Position numbers and translations under genes: made by a program
DNA from: Nitrospinaceae bacterium
GTDB lineage: Bacteria; Nitrospinota; Nitrospinia; Nitrospinales; Nitrospinaceae
DNA length: 64,000 bases
Direction of reading: 5' to 3'
Assembly (NCBI GenBank): GCA_965237905.1
Contig: OZ250172.1
Location: 1,952,001 to 2,016,000, forward strand
Notes under the pieces: generated by a model
The model's input: only the letters and a program-made list of their open reading frames with translations
What the model was told of the DNA's origin: nothing
Databases searched by the model: none
In this document: piece after piece, positions 1 through 9,537 of the stretch
Position numbering within the stretch: position 1 is the first letter of the stretch
How the letters are laid out: each line of letters begins with the position of its first letter

Positions 1-97
1 TTGGGTTTTTCCATGATCGTCTCACTTGCAATAATAAAACGCCCAGCTGACAGACACCGCCGGACGGATATTTTTAATAGGATTGTGGAGGGCTATC

Positions 98-913
98 TTA
101 ACCTTTCCCGCCGACCCTGTAAAGGTCTTCCCGCCGGTCGGCAAACAGGTCGTTGTGCCCGTTGATTCGCTTGTTCCGGGCCTTTGCGAGGTCGATTTCC
201 ACCACGTGGGCTTCCTCCCGGTCCTCAGAGGCGCGGACCAGAACCGTGCCGTCCGGGTCGACCACCTGGCTCTGGCCGATAAATTTCAGGGATTCTCCAG
301 GAATGCGTTTTTCAGTGCCCACACGGTCGGAGGTTACGGCGTATACCCGGTTTTCCAGGCACCGGGTGATCATGGCCTGCGGGCAGTGGGGGAGCACCAG
401 GTTGGCCGGGTGGGCGATGATATCCGCCCCCTGCAGGGCCAGTGTGCGGGCTGTTTCCGGGAACCGCCAGTCGAAGCAGATCATGATCCCGATCTTCGCG
501 AACCCGGCATCGAACACAGTGAACGGTAGATCTCCCGGTTGAAAGAAATTATTTTCGGAATCGAAAATGTGAGCTTTCCGGAATTTCCCGATGAAACCTT
601 TGGGGCCTACGATCACTGCTGAATTATAGAGGGTTTCGCTATCCCGTTCCGCCAGCCCAGCAACCATCACCATCCCCGTATCACGGCCCCAGTCCATCAG
701 AAACCGGGTGGTGGGTCCGTCGGGGATGGATTCGGAAAGATTCTGCGCTTCGTTCAGGGACTTAAACTGGTAACCGGTATTGAATAATTCGGGGAGGACC
801 AGCAGGTCGGCCTTGCGTTCTCCCCAGAGTTTTTTCGCATGGCTGAGGTTCGCCTCCATGGCCCCGAATTCAGGGTTGGTTTGGACAAAACCTACTTTGA
901 TATTGGATAACAT
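98..913 (-). CDS. Nitrilase/carbon-nitrogen hydrolase family protein
   Basis: Glu-Lys-Cys triad motifs LPELF, FRKAH and ICFDW; C-terminal DRREDLY. Confidence 0.9.
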   Translation of the reverse strand: MLSNIKVGFVQTNPEFGAMEANLSHAKKLWGERKADLLVLPELFNTGYQFKSLNEAQNLSESIPDGPTTRFLMDWGRDTGMVMVAGLAERDSETLYNSAVIVGPKGFIGKFRKAHIFDSENNFFQPGDLPFTVFDAGFAKIGIMICFDWRFPETARTLALQGADIIAHPANLVLPHCPQAMITRCLENRVYAVTSDRVGTEKRIPGESLKFIGQSQVVDPDGTVLVRASEDREEAHVVEIDLAKARNKRINGHNDLFADRREDLYRVGGKG

Positions 914-952
914 AGTTTATTGTACAACAGAAACACCGGGCAAACCTATTTA

Positions 953-1155
953 GACAGGATCACAGGATAAAATCGGGAAAAGAATCAGGGCAAACAAAGA
1001 TCCTTCACGGAGTTTATCTTGAGCCTGCCGAAGGGTTCAGGATGATAAATTGAATGTGTTTTGTCATTCTGAGCGGAATGGAATGGAGCGAAGAATCTGT
1101 ATTTTCTCTAAGAGAGAAGAGGAATTATTATCAGATTTTATCCTGTTATCCTGTC
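953..1155. repeat. Inverted repeat pair of ACAGGAT tandem units enclosing a second repeat pair
   Basis: 953-974 GACAGGATCACAGGATAAAATC matches the reverse complement of 1134-1155 (GACAGGATAACAGGATAAAATC) at 21/22. Confidence 0.85.
999..1098. repeat. REP-like inverted pair (GTCATTCTGAG...GAAGAATCT type)
   Basis: AGATCCTTC...TTCAGGATGATA (999-1047) faces TGTCATTCTGAG...GAAGAATCT (1062-1098) and the ends are near-complementary. Confidence 0.65.
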
Positions 1156-1164
1156 AATGGTTTT

Positions 1165-1183
1165 TCTGTGCCCTCTGTGGTGA
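1165..1183 (-). repeat. 9-bp tandem unit repeat (CCACAGAGG/GCACAGA)
   Basis: Minus strand TCACCACAGAGGGCACAGA; near-identical copy at 59074-59095. Confidence 0.75.
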
Positions 1184-1194
1184 GAGGGGTTTGG

Positions 1195-2262
1195 TCAGAG
1201 ACGAGAGTTCTGGTTGCGGAGCAGGTGGTCGATCAGAACCAGCGCGACCATGGCTTCGGCCATGGGCACGGCGCGGGGCGCGACGCAGGGATCGTGCCGT
1301 CCTTCGACCCGGATTTTGGTTTTTTTGCCTTTCTGGGTGACGGTGTCCTGCTCGCGGTTGATGGAGGATGTGGGTTTCACCACCATGCGTACCACGACAT
1401 CGTTGCCGTTCGAAATACCGCCGAGGATGCCGCCGGCGTTGTTGGTTTTCGTGGTGATCTTTTTACCTTTGGTGGTGAAGACGTCGTTGCATTCCGATCC
1501 TTTAAGCCGCGCGGCTTCGAATCCGATACCGACTTCCACGCCCTTGACGGCCGGTAGGCACATCAGGGCTTTGGCGAGGTCGGCGTCCAGCCGGTCGAAC
1601 ACCGGCTCGCCGAGTCCGGACGGAACTCCCTGTGCCACCACTTCGATCACTCCACCCAGCGAATCGCCTTCTTTCCTGGCCTGCATGATGGCCTCCACCA
1701 TCTGCTCCGCCACTTTTTTATCCGGGCAACGGACGATATTTTTTTCAATTTCTTTCTGGCTGAAGGTTTGCGCGACGTATTCGCCGATCTGGCGGGTGAA
1801 GGCGAAGACCTTGATTTTGTGCCGGGCCAGAAGCTTTTTGGCGACAGCTCCGGCGGCCACACGGCCCACCGTTTCGCGCGCACTGGAGCGTCCTCCGCCG
1901 CGGTAATCGCGGAAGCCGTATTTCTGGTCATAGGTGAAATCAGCATGACCGGGCCGGTACAGGTGCTTGATCAATTCGTATTTGGAGGAATCGGCGTCCG
2001 AGTTTTCCACCATCATGGCCAGCGGGGTGCCGGTGGTTTTACCGTTGAAGATTCCGGACAGGAATCGAATTTGATCCGGTTCTTTACGGGTGGTGGTGAC
2101 TTTGCTTTGTCCGGTACGGCGGCGGTCGAGCTCGACTTGAATATCTTTTTCGGAAAGGGGCAGGCCGGCGGGACAGCCGTCCACCACGACACCGATGCCA
2201 GGGCCATGCGATTCGCCCCAGGTGGTTATTCTGAATAATTGTCCAAATGTGTTGCCGGGCAT
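1195..2262 (-). CDS. aroC: Chorismate synthase
   Basis: TWGESHG, RPGHAD, RSSARET and RHDPCV signatures. Confidence 0.98.
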   Translation of the reverse strand: MPGNTFGQLFRITTWGESHGPGIGVVVDGCPAGLPLSEKDIQVELDRRRTGQSKVTTTRKEPDQIRFLSGIFNGKTTGTPLAMMVENSDADSSKYELIKHLYRPGHADFTYDQKYGFRDYRGGGRSSARETVGRVAAGAVAKKLLARHKIKVFAFTRQIGEYVAQTFSQKEIEKNIVRCPDKKVAEQMVEAIMQARKEGDSLGGVIEVVAQGVPSGLGEPVFDRLDADLAKALMCLPAVKGVEVGIGFEAARLKGSECNDVFTTKGKKITTKTNNAGGILGGISNGNDVVVRMVVKPTSSINREQDTVTQKGKKTKIRVEGRHDPCVAPRAVPMAEAMVALVLIDHLLRNQNSRL

Positions 2263-2354
2263 GACGATATTTTGAGTAAGGGGTGTAACAACAGACGTTC
2301 ACCAACCGGCGGGAAGGAGATAGAAATCAACCGGTTAAGAATGGGCCAGGAAAT

Positions 2355-2379
2355 AAAAAAAGCAGGGGAAACCCTGCTT
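2355..2379 (-). terminator. Rho-independent terminator after ihfB
   Basis: Stem AAGCAGGG/CCCTGCTT with a 4-nt loop, followed by a T-run on the minus strand. Confidence 0.75.
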
Positions 2380-2436
2380 GTTCGGCGCTCCGGAATTTCC
2401 GGGAAACCCGAGAAAAACCTTTATTTGAAAAGGGTT

Positions 2437-2733
2437 TTAATCGGCGGAGATTTCCAGTTCACCGTCCACCAACTCCCGCAGTTCCTTGCCCGCTTTAAAA
2501 AAGGGCACCCTTTTGGCGGGGACATCCACCCGATCTCCGGATTTTGGGTTCCTTCCGATGCGTGCATTTCTGCTTCGGACTCGAAAACTGCCAAACCCCC
2601 TCAATTCAACCTTTTTTCCTTGCGCCAGAGACTCGGTAATACTTTGAAAGACAGTATTGACCACAACCTCAGCCTGCTTTTTGGTCAGGTTGATCTGCCC
2701 CGCAACCTTTTCTACCAATTCCGCTTTGGTCAT
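2437..2733 (-). CDS. ihfB: Integration host factor beta / HU family DNA-binding protein
   Basis: MTKAEL, ELRGFGSF, GRNPKSG and PFFKAGKELRE motifs; position after rpsA-sppA. Confidence 0.85.
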   Translation of the reverse strand: MTKAELVEKVAGQINLTKKQAEVVVNTVFQSITESLAQGKKVELRGFGSFRVRSRNARIGRNPKSGDRVDVPAKRVPFFKAGKELRELVDGELEISAD

Positions 2734-2992
2734 TTAAGTGAGTCCCCCCCTTAGAAAAGTTTGGGCGAGTATATCATTAACTCTATGCAAGTCAAGCGTT
2801 TTGAAGATTTGGGACGGTGCATTTGTGACCTGTTCGGATAGGAAACACCAAGTGAAATTCCGGCGATCAAGGGCCCTAATTTTTTGAATTTTTACGGTTT
2901 ATGGAGTTGTGGCAAACCTCAAAGAGGTTTTCAAAGGTAAAACTCCTGAGCCAGAAAATCGTCGGTATAGGAATTTTATTGAAAAAAATGGT

Positions 2993-3907
2993 CTAACTTG
3001 GCAACCAAAGAAATTGCAGGGAAGGAAACTGCGACGGCATCCAATTGGCCTTGAACTCTTTGGGGAGGGAACTCCCCATGAACCATTCCATGAATCCTTT
3101 AGGGGGCTCTTCCCACATCACCTTGGGTCGGCCTTCGATGCCCACGGCTTCTCCCAATTTGGCAATCACGTCTTCGAGTCCACCCATTTCATCAACCATC
3201 TTCAATTCAAGGGCTTGTCGTCCGGTGAATACCCGGCCATCGGCCAGTTTTCGGGCTTCCTTGGTGGTGATGTTGCGGCCTTGAGCGACGGCATCAACAA
3301 ATTGCTGGTGAACATCATCCACCACGCGTTGCAGGTAGACCCGTTCTGCGGCGGTCATTTTACGGGCGGGCGAGCCGACATCCTTATACTTCCCGCTTTT
3401 GACCACCTGCGGCTCCAACCCGATTTTTTCCATCAATTTCTCAGCGTTACCGAACGCCATAATCACACCGATACTGCCGGTCAGGGTGCCGGGGTTGGCA
3501 AAAATCCGGTCGGCCGCCACCGCGATGTAATAACCGCCGGAAGCGGCGAGACTGCCCATGGACGCGTAGATTTTCTTATTATCCGCCCGGACCCTGAGGA
3601 CCTCGTCGTAAATTTCCTGTGAGGGTCCCACGGCACCTCCCGGCGAATCAATCCTCAAAATGATGGCCTTGATTTCATCGTCGCGGCGGTATTTGGAAAG
3701 CTGGCGAACGATGTTCCTGGAGTCCATGATTTGTCCACTGATTTCCACCAAAGCGATTTTTTCCTTGCCGTCGTCGAATCCTCCGTCCGAAAGATAACGG
3801 CCGAATACTGAGGATAAAACCAGTAGGGCGACCAGACCTAATGTGAAATAAAGCAAGGTACGGCCAAACGATTTTTTCGGTTTTTCTACAGGCGGTATGG
3901 GTTGCAT
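2993..3907 (-). CDS. sppA: Signal peptide peptidase SppA (S49, short type)
   Basis: N-terminal TM segment; RIDSPGG, AASGGYY, TGSIGV and KSGKYKD. Confidence 0.95.
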   Translation of the reverse strand: MQPIPPVEKPKKSFGRTLLYFTLGLVALLVLSSVFGRYLSDGGFDDGKEKIALVEISGQIMDSRNIVRQLSKYRRDDEIKAIILRIDSPGGAVGPSQEIYDEVLRVRADNKKIYASMGSLAASGGYYIAVAADRIFANPGTLTGSIGVIMAFGNAEKLMEKIGLEPQVVKSGKYKDVGSPARKMTAAERVYLQRVVDDVHQQFVDAVAQGRNITTKEARKLADGRVFTGRQALELKMVDEMGGLEDVIAKLGEAVGIEGRPKVMWEEPPKGFMEWFMGSSLPKEFKANWMPSQFPSLQFLWLPS

Positions 3908-3922
3908 TCAGAACCTCTGAGT

Positions 3923-5638
3923 TTATTCTTCGGTTTTAGTTTCCTCCTCATCCTCTGAAGGGATATCTAATTGTACCTCTTCCAGATCGATCTGTGAAGG
4001 ATCCAGGTTCTCTTTGTAAGCTTTAATGCTGAGGCCGATTTTTTTGCTGGTGGTATCGACCTTGATCACCTTGGCCGTGATTTCGTCTCCCACCTTGACC
4101 ACTTTCTCCGGATGTGTCACTTTTTCAGAACTCAGTTGGGAGACGTGGATCAAACCTTCCAGGCCGTCGTCGAACTCCGCGAAGGCTCCAAAACCGGTAA
4201 CCTTGATAATGATGCCGGTGACTTCTTTCCCAATAGGATACTGATCGGGAATATTTTCCCAGGGATCGGCTTCGAGTTGCTTGATGCCCAGGGAAATGCG
4301 GCAGGCGTCCTTATCGATGTTCAGCACTGCGGCGGTGACTTTATCCTTCTTCTTGAGTACTTCAGAAGGATGCTTGATCTTCTTGTTCCAGGACAAGTCG
4401 GAGATGTGGATCAATCCGTCCACTCCGTCTTCCAGCTCGATAAACGCACCGAAATCGGTCAGGTTCCGTACCAGCCCTTCGACCTCGGTACCGATGGGAT
4501 ATTTCTGTTCGATACTGTCCCACGGGTTGGGCTCGATCTGCTTCATGCCCAGGGAAATCCGTTTCTTTTCTTTGTCCAGCGTCAGCACCACCGCTTCCAC
4601 CGTATCGCCGATGCTCACCATCTTGCTGGGATGTTTGACATGGCGGCTCCATGACATTTCGGAAACGTGGACCAGGCCCTCGATGCCTTTTTCCAACTCC
4701 ACGAAAGCGCCGTAGTCGGTGATGCTCACCACTTTGCCGGAGATGCGGGTTTTGACCGGGTACTTGTTGTCCACGTCCACCCATGGGTCCGGAGTGATTT
4801 GTTTGAGGCCCAGGGAGACGCGCTCTTTTTCCTTGTCGTATTTGAGGACCATTACCGTCACCTTGTCGCCGATAGCGAACATTTCGGAGGGATGGTTGAC
4901 GCGTCCCCAGGACATGTCGGTGATGTGAAGCAGGCCGTCGATGCCGCCCAAGTCGATGAACACTCCGTAATCGGTGATGTTCTTGACGATGCCCTCCACT
5001 TGGTTGCCTTCTTCCATCTTGGTCAGGGTACCGGCGCGAGCCTGTTTGCGTTCCTCCTCGAGCAGGATACGGCGCGAAAGCACGATGTTGCCGCGCTTTT
5101 TGTTCATCTTGATGATTTTCATCTGGAACTTTTCGCCGATCAGTTTTTCCAGGTTGCGTACCGGGCGCAGATCGATTTGCGAGCCGGGTAGAAATGATTT
5201 GAGTCCAATGTCGACCGTCAAGCCGCCTTTGGCTTTGGCCACCACGATGCCTTCGATAATTTCCTCCGCCTCGAAGGCCGTGACCAGTTTTTCCCAGATT
5301 TTGATCTTGTTGGCTTTTTCTTTGGACAGAACGACAATGCCGTTGTTGTCTTCTACGCGCTCGAGAAAGACTTCTATCTCATCCCCGACTTTTAGATCCT
5401 TTTCCGCTTCGGGGAATTCGCTGTGGCTGATCATGCCCTCGGATTTAAAGCCGACGTCGACGGTGACCAATCCCTTGGACAGCCCCAATACTTTGCCTAT
5501 GATGATTTCGCCTCCCCGGAAATTCTTGAGGCTCTTGTCGAAATACGCCTCCATTTCCGCATGCGCGGCTTTTTCTTCCTTCGTTAATTCCTCTTCCATT
5601 TCCATTGTGTCGTCAAGATCAAAAACTGCTTTTACCAC
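3923..5638 (-). CDS. rpsA: 30S ribosomal protein S1
   Basis: Six S1 repeats (DYGAFV...GLVHVSE...RISLG.KQ). Confidence 0.98.
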   Translation of the reverse strand: MVKAVFDLDDTMEMEEELTKEEKAAHAEMEAYFDKSLKNFRGGEIIIGKVLGLSKGLVTVDVGFKSEGMISHSEFPEAEKDLKVGDEIEVFLERVEDNNGIVVLSKEKANKIKIWEKLVTAFEAEEIIEGIVVAKAKGGLTVDIGLKSFLPGSQIDLRPVRNLEKLIGEKFQMKIIKMNKKRGNIVLSRRILLEEERKQARAGTLTKMEEGNQVEGIVKNITDYGVFIDLGGIDGLLHITDMSWGRVNHPSEMFAIGDKVTVMVLKYDKEKERVSLGLKQITPDPWVDVDNKYPVKTRISGKVVSITDYGAFVELEKGIEGLVHVSEMSWSRHVKHPSKMVSIGDTVEAVVLTLDKEKKRISLGMKQIEPNPWDSIEQKYPIGTEVEGLVRNLTDFGAFIELEDGVDGLIHISDLSWNKKIKHPSEVLKKKDKVTAAVLNIDKDACRISLGIKQLEADPWENIPDQYPIGKEVTGIIIKVTGFGAFAEFDDGLEGLIHVSQLSSEKVTHPEKVVKVGDEITAKVIKVDTTSKKIGLSIKAYKENLDPSQIDLEEVQLDIPSEDEEETKTEE

Positions 5639-5683
5639 GTTACTTCTCCTTCATATTTCAGGTTAAGGTTAATAAAATTAACT

Positions 5684-6349
5684 TCACTGTGAATGGACCG
5701 GACCGATCATTTCGATCATATAAGCCACCACGTCGTCGATGTTCATTTGGGTGGTGTCCAGCCGAATCGAGTCCTTCGCCGGTACCAATGGCGATACTTC
5801 CCGATTCTCATCTTCATAATCCCGTTGTTGCAATTGCTCGTAAATTTTTTCAAATGTCACTTCAGGAGACTTGGCTTTGATTTCTTCGTGGCGCCGTTGG
5901 GCCCGCTCTTTCTGGTCGGCGACCAGAAAAAACTTTTTATCTGCATCGGGAAAGACCACTGTCCCGATATCCCGGCCGTCCATGACCACGTTGCCGTTGC
6001 GTCCCATATCCTGTTGTTGCGCGACCATGACCTCGCGCACCGCTTTGTTCGCGGCGACGATAGCGGCCAGCTGCCCGATGGTTTCCGTCTTCAGGACCGG
6101 AGTCAAATCCTCTCCGTCGACCATCACCTTTTGGCGCTCGGTTCCCGGTTGAAACTCGAGAGAAATGTTACGGGCCACCTCGGCGATCCGCTCCGCGTCT
6201 CCTGGATCGATTCCTGCCTGTTGAGATTTCCACGCCACCGCACGGTACATCGAGCCGGTTTCAATATATTTAAAATTCAGGCGCGAGGCGATGAGCCGGG
6301 CTACGGTGCTTTTGCCGCTCCCCGCCGGCCCGTCAATGGCGATGATCAT
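5684..6349 (-). CDS. cmk: Cytidylate kinase
   Basis: IAIDGPAGSGKST and DGRDIGTVVFPDA. Confidence 0.97.
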   Translation of the reverse strand: MIIAIDGPAGSGKSTVARLIASRLNFKYIETGSMYRAVAWKSQQAGIDPGDAERIAEVARNISLEFQPGTERQKVMVDGEDLTPVLKTETIGQLAAIVAANKAVREVMVAQQQDMGRNGNVVMDGRDIGTVVFPDADKKFFLVADQKERAQRRHEEIKAKSPEVTFEKIYEQLQQRDYEDENREVSPLVPAKDSIRLDTTQMNIDDVVAYMIEMIGPVHSQ

Positions 6350-7221
6350 GTATTGGTTTCCACCAGCTTGCCCCGGTGAACGTTCGCATTGGCGAAGGTT
6401 TCCTGCAAGGCATCGGCCTGATCCTGTTCGATCAGAGTTTTAATGTTTTCCAGCGCATCTTGGAATTGATCTATCAGTTTAACAACCGGAAGCTTGTTTG
6501 CCAGACAAATATCACGCCACATCACCGGATCGCTGGAAGCAATGCGGGTAATGTCCTTCAACCCTCCGCCCGACATCGAGAGAATATCTCCGTAACTTTC
6601 GGTTTTAACGTTCGCTACCGTGTTCATGAGTGCATACGCCACGACATGCGGCAAATGGCTGAGCGCTCCGAATACTGTGTCATGTTCATGAGCGTCCATC
6701 GTCAGGGTTTGCATCCCCACCTCGGTCCACAATTCGGTCACCCGCTGAAGGGCTTCGGTCTGGGTGTTCGCGGTGGGCGTAATGATGCATTTCGCGCCGG
6801 TCAGCAAGTCCGCGCTGGCGGCTTCCAGGCCGGATTGTTCTCCGCCTGCGATCGGGTGCGCCCCCACGTAATAAATAGAATCGGGCATCAGGGCATCGAC
6901 TTCCTCGACCAACCGGCCCTTGACCGACCCGGCGTCGGTAATGATGCATCCGTCCTGGAGAAACGGAATCATCTCCCGGACACGCTCCGCCAGAACGCCC
7001 ACTGGTGTGCACAGGACGATGAGATCGGAACCTGCGACGGCGGTTTTCAGATCCGTCGATCCGGAATCGATGACGTTCTTCTTCTGCGCTTGCTTGAGGT
7101 TGTCGGCATTTCTACCGAACCCGACAATCTTTTTCACCAGCTTGCGTTGCCGGCAGGATTGCGCCAGCGACGCGCCGATCAGCCCCACGCCCAGGATAGT
7201 CATTTGTTGAAACGGTTTCAT
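6346..7221 (-). CDS. tyrA: Prephenate/arogenate dehydrogenase
   Basis: GVGLIGASL, DAGSVK, HPIAG, SHLPH and TRIASS; start moved to ATG at 7221 to avoid overlap with pheA. Confidence 0.93.
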   Translation of the reverse strand: MKPFQQMTILGVGLIGASLAQSCRQRKLVKKIVGFGRNADNLKQAQKKNVIDSGSTDLKTAVAGSDLIVLCTPVGVLAERVREMIPFLQDGCIITDAGSVKGRLVEEVDALMPDSIYYVGAHPIAGGEQSGLEAASADLLTGAKCIITPTANTQTEALQRVTELWTEVGMQTLTMDAHEHDTVFGALSHLPHVVAYALMNTVANVKTESYGDILSMSGGGLKDITRIASSDPVMWRDICLANKLPVVKLIDQFQDALENIKTLIEQDQADALQETFANANVHRGKLVETNT

Positions 7222-7226
7222 ATCGT

Positions 7227-8300
7227 CTAATCGTGGTTGGGGTACGATCCCAGCACCCGGAGGAAAATGCAACGTTTGCCCACCGAGCGAATCACTTTAT
7301 CAATATGAGGGTCATCCATATGGCCCTCGAAATCTACAAAGAACAGGTATTCCCACGACCGATTTCTCAGCGGTCGGGATTGTATTTTGGTCAGGTTGAT
7401 CTGGTTGCGCGCGAACAACTGCAGAACCTTCAGGAGCGAACCGGCTTCGTCCTCGATGGAGAACATGACCGACGTTTTATTGCGTTTGGCTTTCTTCGCT
7501 TTTTCCCGGCTGATGACGAGAAAGCGGGTGGTGTTTTTCGAGCGGTCCTCTATTCTTTCGGCGATGATTTTGAGGTCATAACATTCCGCCGCCAGTTTCC
7601 CGGCCACCGCCGCGGCCTGGTCGTCTTTGCTGGCGAGTGCCGCCGCCACCGCCGTGCTGGAGGTGGTCACCTGTTCGATGCCGGCCGCGTTCTGGTTGAG
7701 CCAGTTGCGGCACTGGGCGAGCGGTTGCGGATGCGAATAAATCTGGCGGACCTTTTTAGGGTCGCCGGACCTGGATAAATAATAAAGGGAGATCCCCAAT
7801 TTCACCTCATCGCAAATCACCAGGGGCGAATCGACGAAACAATCCAGCGTCAGGTTGACCACGCCTTCGGTGGAATTTTCAATAGGCACCACACCGTAAT
7901 CGGCATGGCCCTGCTCGACTTCGTAAAAAATGGATTCAATGCCGCTGGTTGGAACGAAGACGGAGGAATGGCCGAACTGCTTGATCGCCGCCTGATGTGA
8001 GAAGGTGGTTTCCGGACCGAGATAAGCGATGTTGAGCGGTTTTTCCAGGGCGAGGGTGGCGGAGAAAATCTCACGGAAAATACATTCCACCGCCTCTTCG
8101 GGAAGGGGACCCGGATTGGCCTGCTTCATGCGCTCGATGATCTCCCGCTCACGATGCGGAACGTGGAAATGGTTCGAGTCGTTTTTTTTGGATTTTTCCT
8201 GGCCGATTTGGATGGCCAGATTGGCGCGCCGGTTGAACAGTTGCAGTAATTTTTCGTCTATCTTGTCGATCTGGTCGCGAATCTCATCAATTTTTGGCAA
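7227..8300 (-). CDS. pheA: Chorismate mutase/prephenate dehydratase (P-protein)
   Basis: N-terminal CM domain; YLGP, PIENSTEG, SHPQ, NTTRF and ACT-domain motif IQSRP. Confidence 0.96.
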   Translation of the reverse strand: MPKIDEIRDQIDKIDEKLLQLFNRRANLAIQIGQEKSKKNDSNHFHVPHREREIIERMKQANPGPLPEEAVECIFREIFSATLALEKPLNIAYLGPETTFSHQAAIKQFGHSSVFVPTSGIESIFYEVEQGHADYGVVPIENSTEGVVNLTLDCFVDSPLVICDEVKLGISLYYLSRSGDPKKVRQIYSHPQPLAQCRNWLNQNAAGIEQVTTSSTAVAAALASKDDQAAAVAGKLAAECYDLKIIAERIEDRSKNTTRFLVISREKAKKAKRNKTSVMFSIEDEAGSLLKVLQLFARNQINLTKIQSRPLRNRSWEYLFFVDFEGHMDDPHIDKVIRSVGKRCIFLRVLGSYPNHD

Positions 8301-8445
8301 TGCAAAAGGTACCGCCCTTTCGTAGGATTTCCGAAAAACCGTTAGGTTTTCAATGGATAAGGTTGATCATTCCATAGGTTGGCCCTAGAATGCAAGCACT
8401 AATTAAAGCCAACCGCTTGTTTTTAAACTTTATGAGGGGGAAATC

Positions 8446-8754
8446 ATGATTCTTCTGGAATTCAGCATGTCACCGATGGACAAGGGCGAAAGCGTCAGCC
8501 CGTACGTCAGCCGGTCTTTGGATATCATCTCGAACAGCGGGGTGCCGTACCGCCTGGGTCCTATGGGCACCTGCCTGGAAGGGGAATGGGACGAGGTCAT
8601 GGGCGTCATCAAGCAATGTCTGGATAAGATGAGTTCAGACTGTGATCGCATTACCTGTTCCATCAAGATCGATTACCGCAAGGGGAAAAGCGGCCGGCTC
8701 GAATCGAAAATGGCCTCCGTCGAAGCCAAACTGGGGAAGAAGTTGAATACTTAA
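8446..8754 (+). CDS. MTH1187/YkoF family thiamine-binding protein
   Basis: EFSMSP..SVSPYV, LGPMGTCLEGEWDEV, IKIDYR. Confidence 0.88.
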   Translation: MILLEFSMSPMDKGESVSPYVSRSLDIISNSGVPYRLGPMGTCLEGEWDEVMGVIKQCLDKMSSDCDRITCSIKIDYRKGKSGRLESKMASVEAKLGKKLNT

Positions 8755-8765
8755 AACAAATTTAA

Positions 8766-8795
8766 CCACAGATGAACACAGATAGACACCGATGA
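8766..8795 (+). repeat. Gene-less copy of the GxxExxY-flanking 10-bp tandem repeat (3 units)
   Basis: TTAA-CCACAGATGA-ACACAGATAG-ACACCGATGA; 8762-8783 is identical to 19477-19498. Confidence 0.9.
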
Positions 8796-8868
8796 AACCC
8801 GGAGCAGGGAGGAGGGAACACGGAGAAAATTTGCTACGGGCCTTGCCTGGTCGGCCGTTCACCGGCGT

Positions 8869-9255
8869 TTATTTTGATCCACAACTCTTTTTCAGCCAAT
8901 GGGCGAATTCAGCTTCGGTCATTTTTCCGGCGGTGAGGTCGAGGATGGCCTGGGTGGTTTCGGCTTCGGGGGCGTTCATCAATTTTCCGTTGCGGGTCAG
9001 GAATACGAAACCGGTCATGAAGGCGGTGCGCTTGTTGCCGTCGACAAAGGGATGGTTTTTGAGGATGCCGTAGATGTAGACTGTCGCCAAGGTGAAGAGA
9101 TCGGGGTCTTCGTAATGGAATATTTGTTGGGGCCGGGACAAGGCAGAATCGAGCAGCGCTTCGTCCCGGATGCCGGCAGGGCCGCCGAATTCCGCCAGCA
9201 GGACATCGTGCAGGGTCAACACCACCTCGCGCAGGACCCAGACGGGTTCCTTCAT
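8869..9255 (-). CDS. doc: Death-on-curing (Doc/Fic) family toxin
   Basis: Fic/Doc motif HPFVDGNKRTA; GIRDEALLDSALSRP. Confidence 0.93.
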   Translation of the reverse strand: MKEPVWVLREVVLTLHDVLLAEFGGPAGIRDEALLDSALSRPQQIFHYEDPDLFTLATVYIYGILKNHPFVDGNKRTAFMTGFVFLTRNGKLMNAPEAETTQAILDLTAGKMTEAEFAHWLKKSCGSK

Positions 9256-9482
9256 TCGGCCAAGGCGCGCAAGGTGTTGCGGTAATGACTCATGCCTTCT
9301 TCGGCCAACCGCATCTGTTTTTCAAATTCGGGGTCGTAAGGGGTGATCCGGTAACTGCCATCCGGGGTCTCGACCAGAAAAATCTTATCCCCGTCCTTTA
9401 AATGCAGACGTTTAAGCACTTCCCGGGGCAGTGTCACCCCCAGTGAGTTGCCGACTTTCCTGACTTTCAAATCCAACATCAT
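9252..9482 (-). CDS. AbrB/MazE/SpoVT family antitoxin
   Basis: KVRKVGNSLGVTLP; 4-nt overlap with doc; GGAGAG RBS before ATG at 9482. Confidence 0.92.
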   Translation of the reverse strand: MMLDLKVRKVGNSLGVTLPREVLKRLHLKDGDKIFLVETPDGSYRITPYDPEFEKQMRLAEEGMSHYRNTLRALAE

Positions 9483-9490
9483 GCTCTCCA

Positions 9491-9534
9491 AATGTTATTA
9501 CATTAGTAATAACATTGCTTGAGTGATATGTCAA
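9491..9534 (-). promoter_or_regulatory. TA promoter with palindromic operator
   Basis: Perfect 11-bp arms AATGTTATTAC-atta-GTAATAACATT (9491-9516); TTGACA on the minus strand at 9529-9534. Confidence 0.8.
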
Positions 9535-9537
9535 TTC

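Noticed and set aside
1..14. ATG GAA AAA CCC on the minus strand, a probable gene start leaving the window
   Set aside because: Too short to identify.
3923..5638. Internal repeats in rpsA
   Set aside because: These are the normal S1 domain repeats.
8808..8830. GGAGGAGGGAACACGGAGA as another 9-bp family copy
   Set aside because: Too degenerate to distinguish from chance.
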